Positions 63,813 through 64,000 of a DNA stretch of 64,000 nucleotides are shown here, piece after piece (position 1 is the first letter of the stretch; each line of letters starts with the position of its first letter). The notes below the pieces were generated by a model. That model had not been told where the DNA came from, did not search any database, and saw only the letters and a program-made list of their open reading frames with translations. The position numbers and the translations under genes were made by a program. Source of the DNA: Mytilus trossulus (Eukaryota); the NCBI RefSeq assembly GCF_036588685.1, contig NC_086373.1, positions 73,656,001 to 73,720,000 of the forward strand, in the 5' to 3' direction.

Positions 63813-64000
63813 ATAATTCTTGCAACGATTTTTCAAGCTATCTAAAATGTATAATGCGCATCTTTCACCGAGTTTTTATTTTTTATTTATTATTATTATA
63901 GATTTTTTCAAACTTTGCGTATACCATACTAGTTCTACAGATCCCAGGACAAACCAAATACTTCTACTAGTCGATCAACTGCTGTTTTTTATTTGGTCGG

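Overview
AT-rich, intron- and transposon-rich animal genomic DNA. The repeat families and the GIMAP expansion suggest a bivalve, probably Mytilus; this is inference, not a database result. (1) 1-12.5 kb, + strand: the 3' part of polybromo-1 (PBRM1/BAF180), covering the end of BAH2, the HMG box and the C-terminus. It carries two tandem, homologous, phase-0 exons that each encode helices 1-2 of the HMG box, with RBFOX-type (T)GCATG motifs between them. The ORF track misses both, and they look like a mutually exclusive exon switch in the DNA-binding domain. (2) 17.2-30.5 kb, - strand: ACTR8/Arp8, tail-to-tail with PBRM1. (3) 31.5-41 kb: nested DNA transposons, MITEs and decayed LINEs. (4) 41.3-63.3 kb, - strand: a tandem array of three 296-aa GIMAP/IAN (AIG1) GTPase genes ending in a CaaX motif (CTIL). 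The copies show mosaic gene-conversion patterns, and unit 2 alone carries a 3-kb nested insertion with five hairpin-forming repeats. Exon boundaries were read by eye from GT/AG sites and reading-frame continuity; no searches were run.
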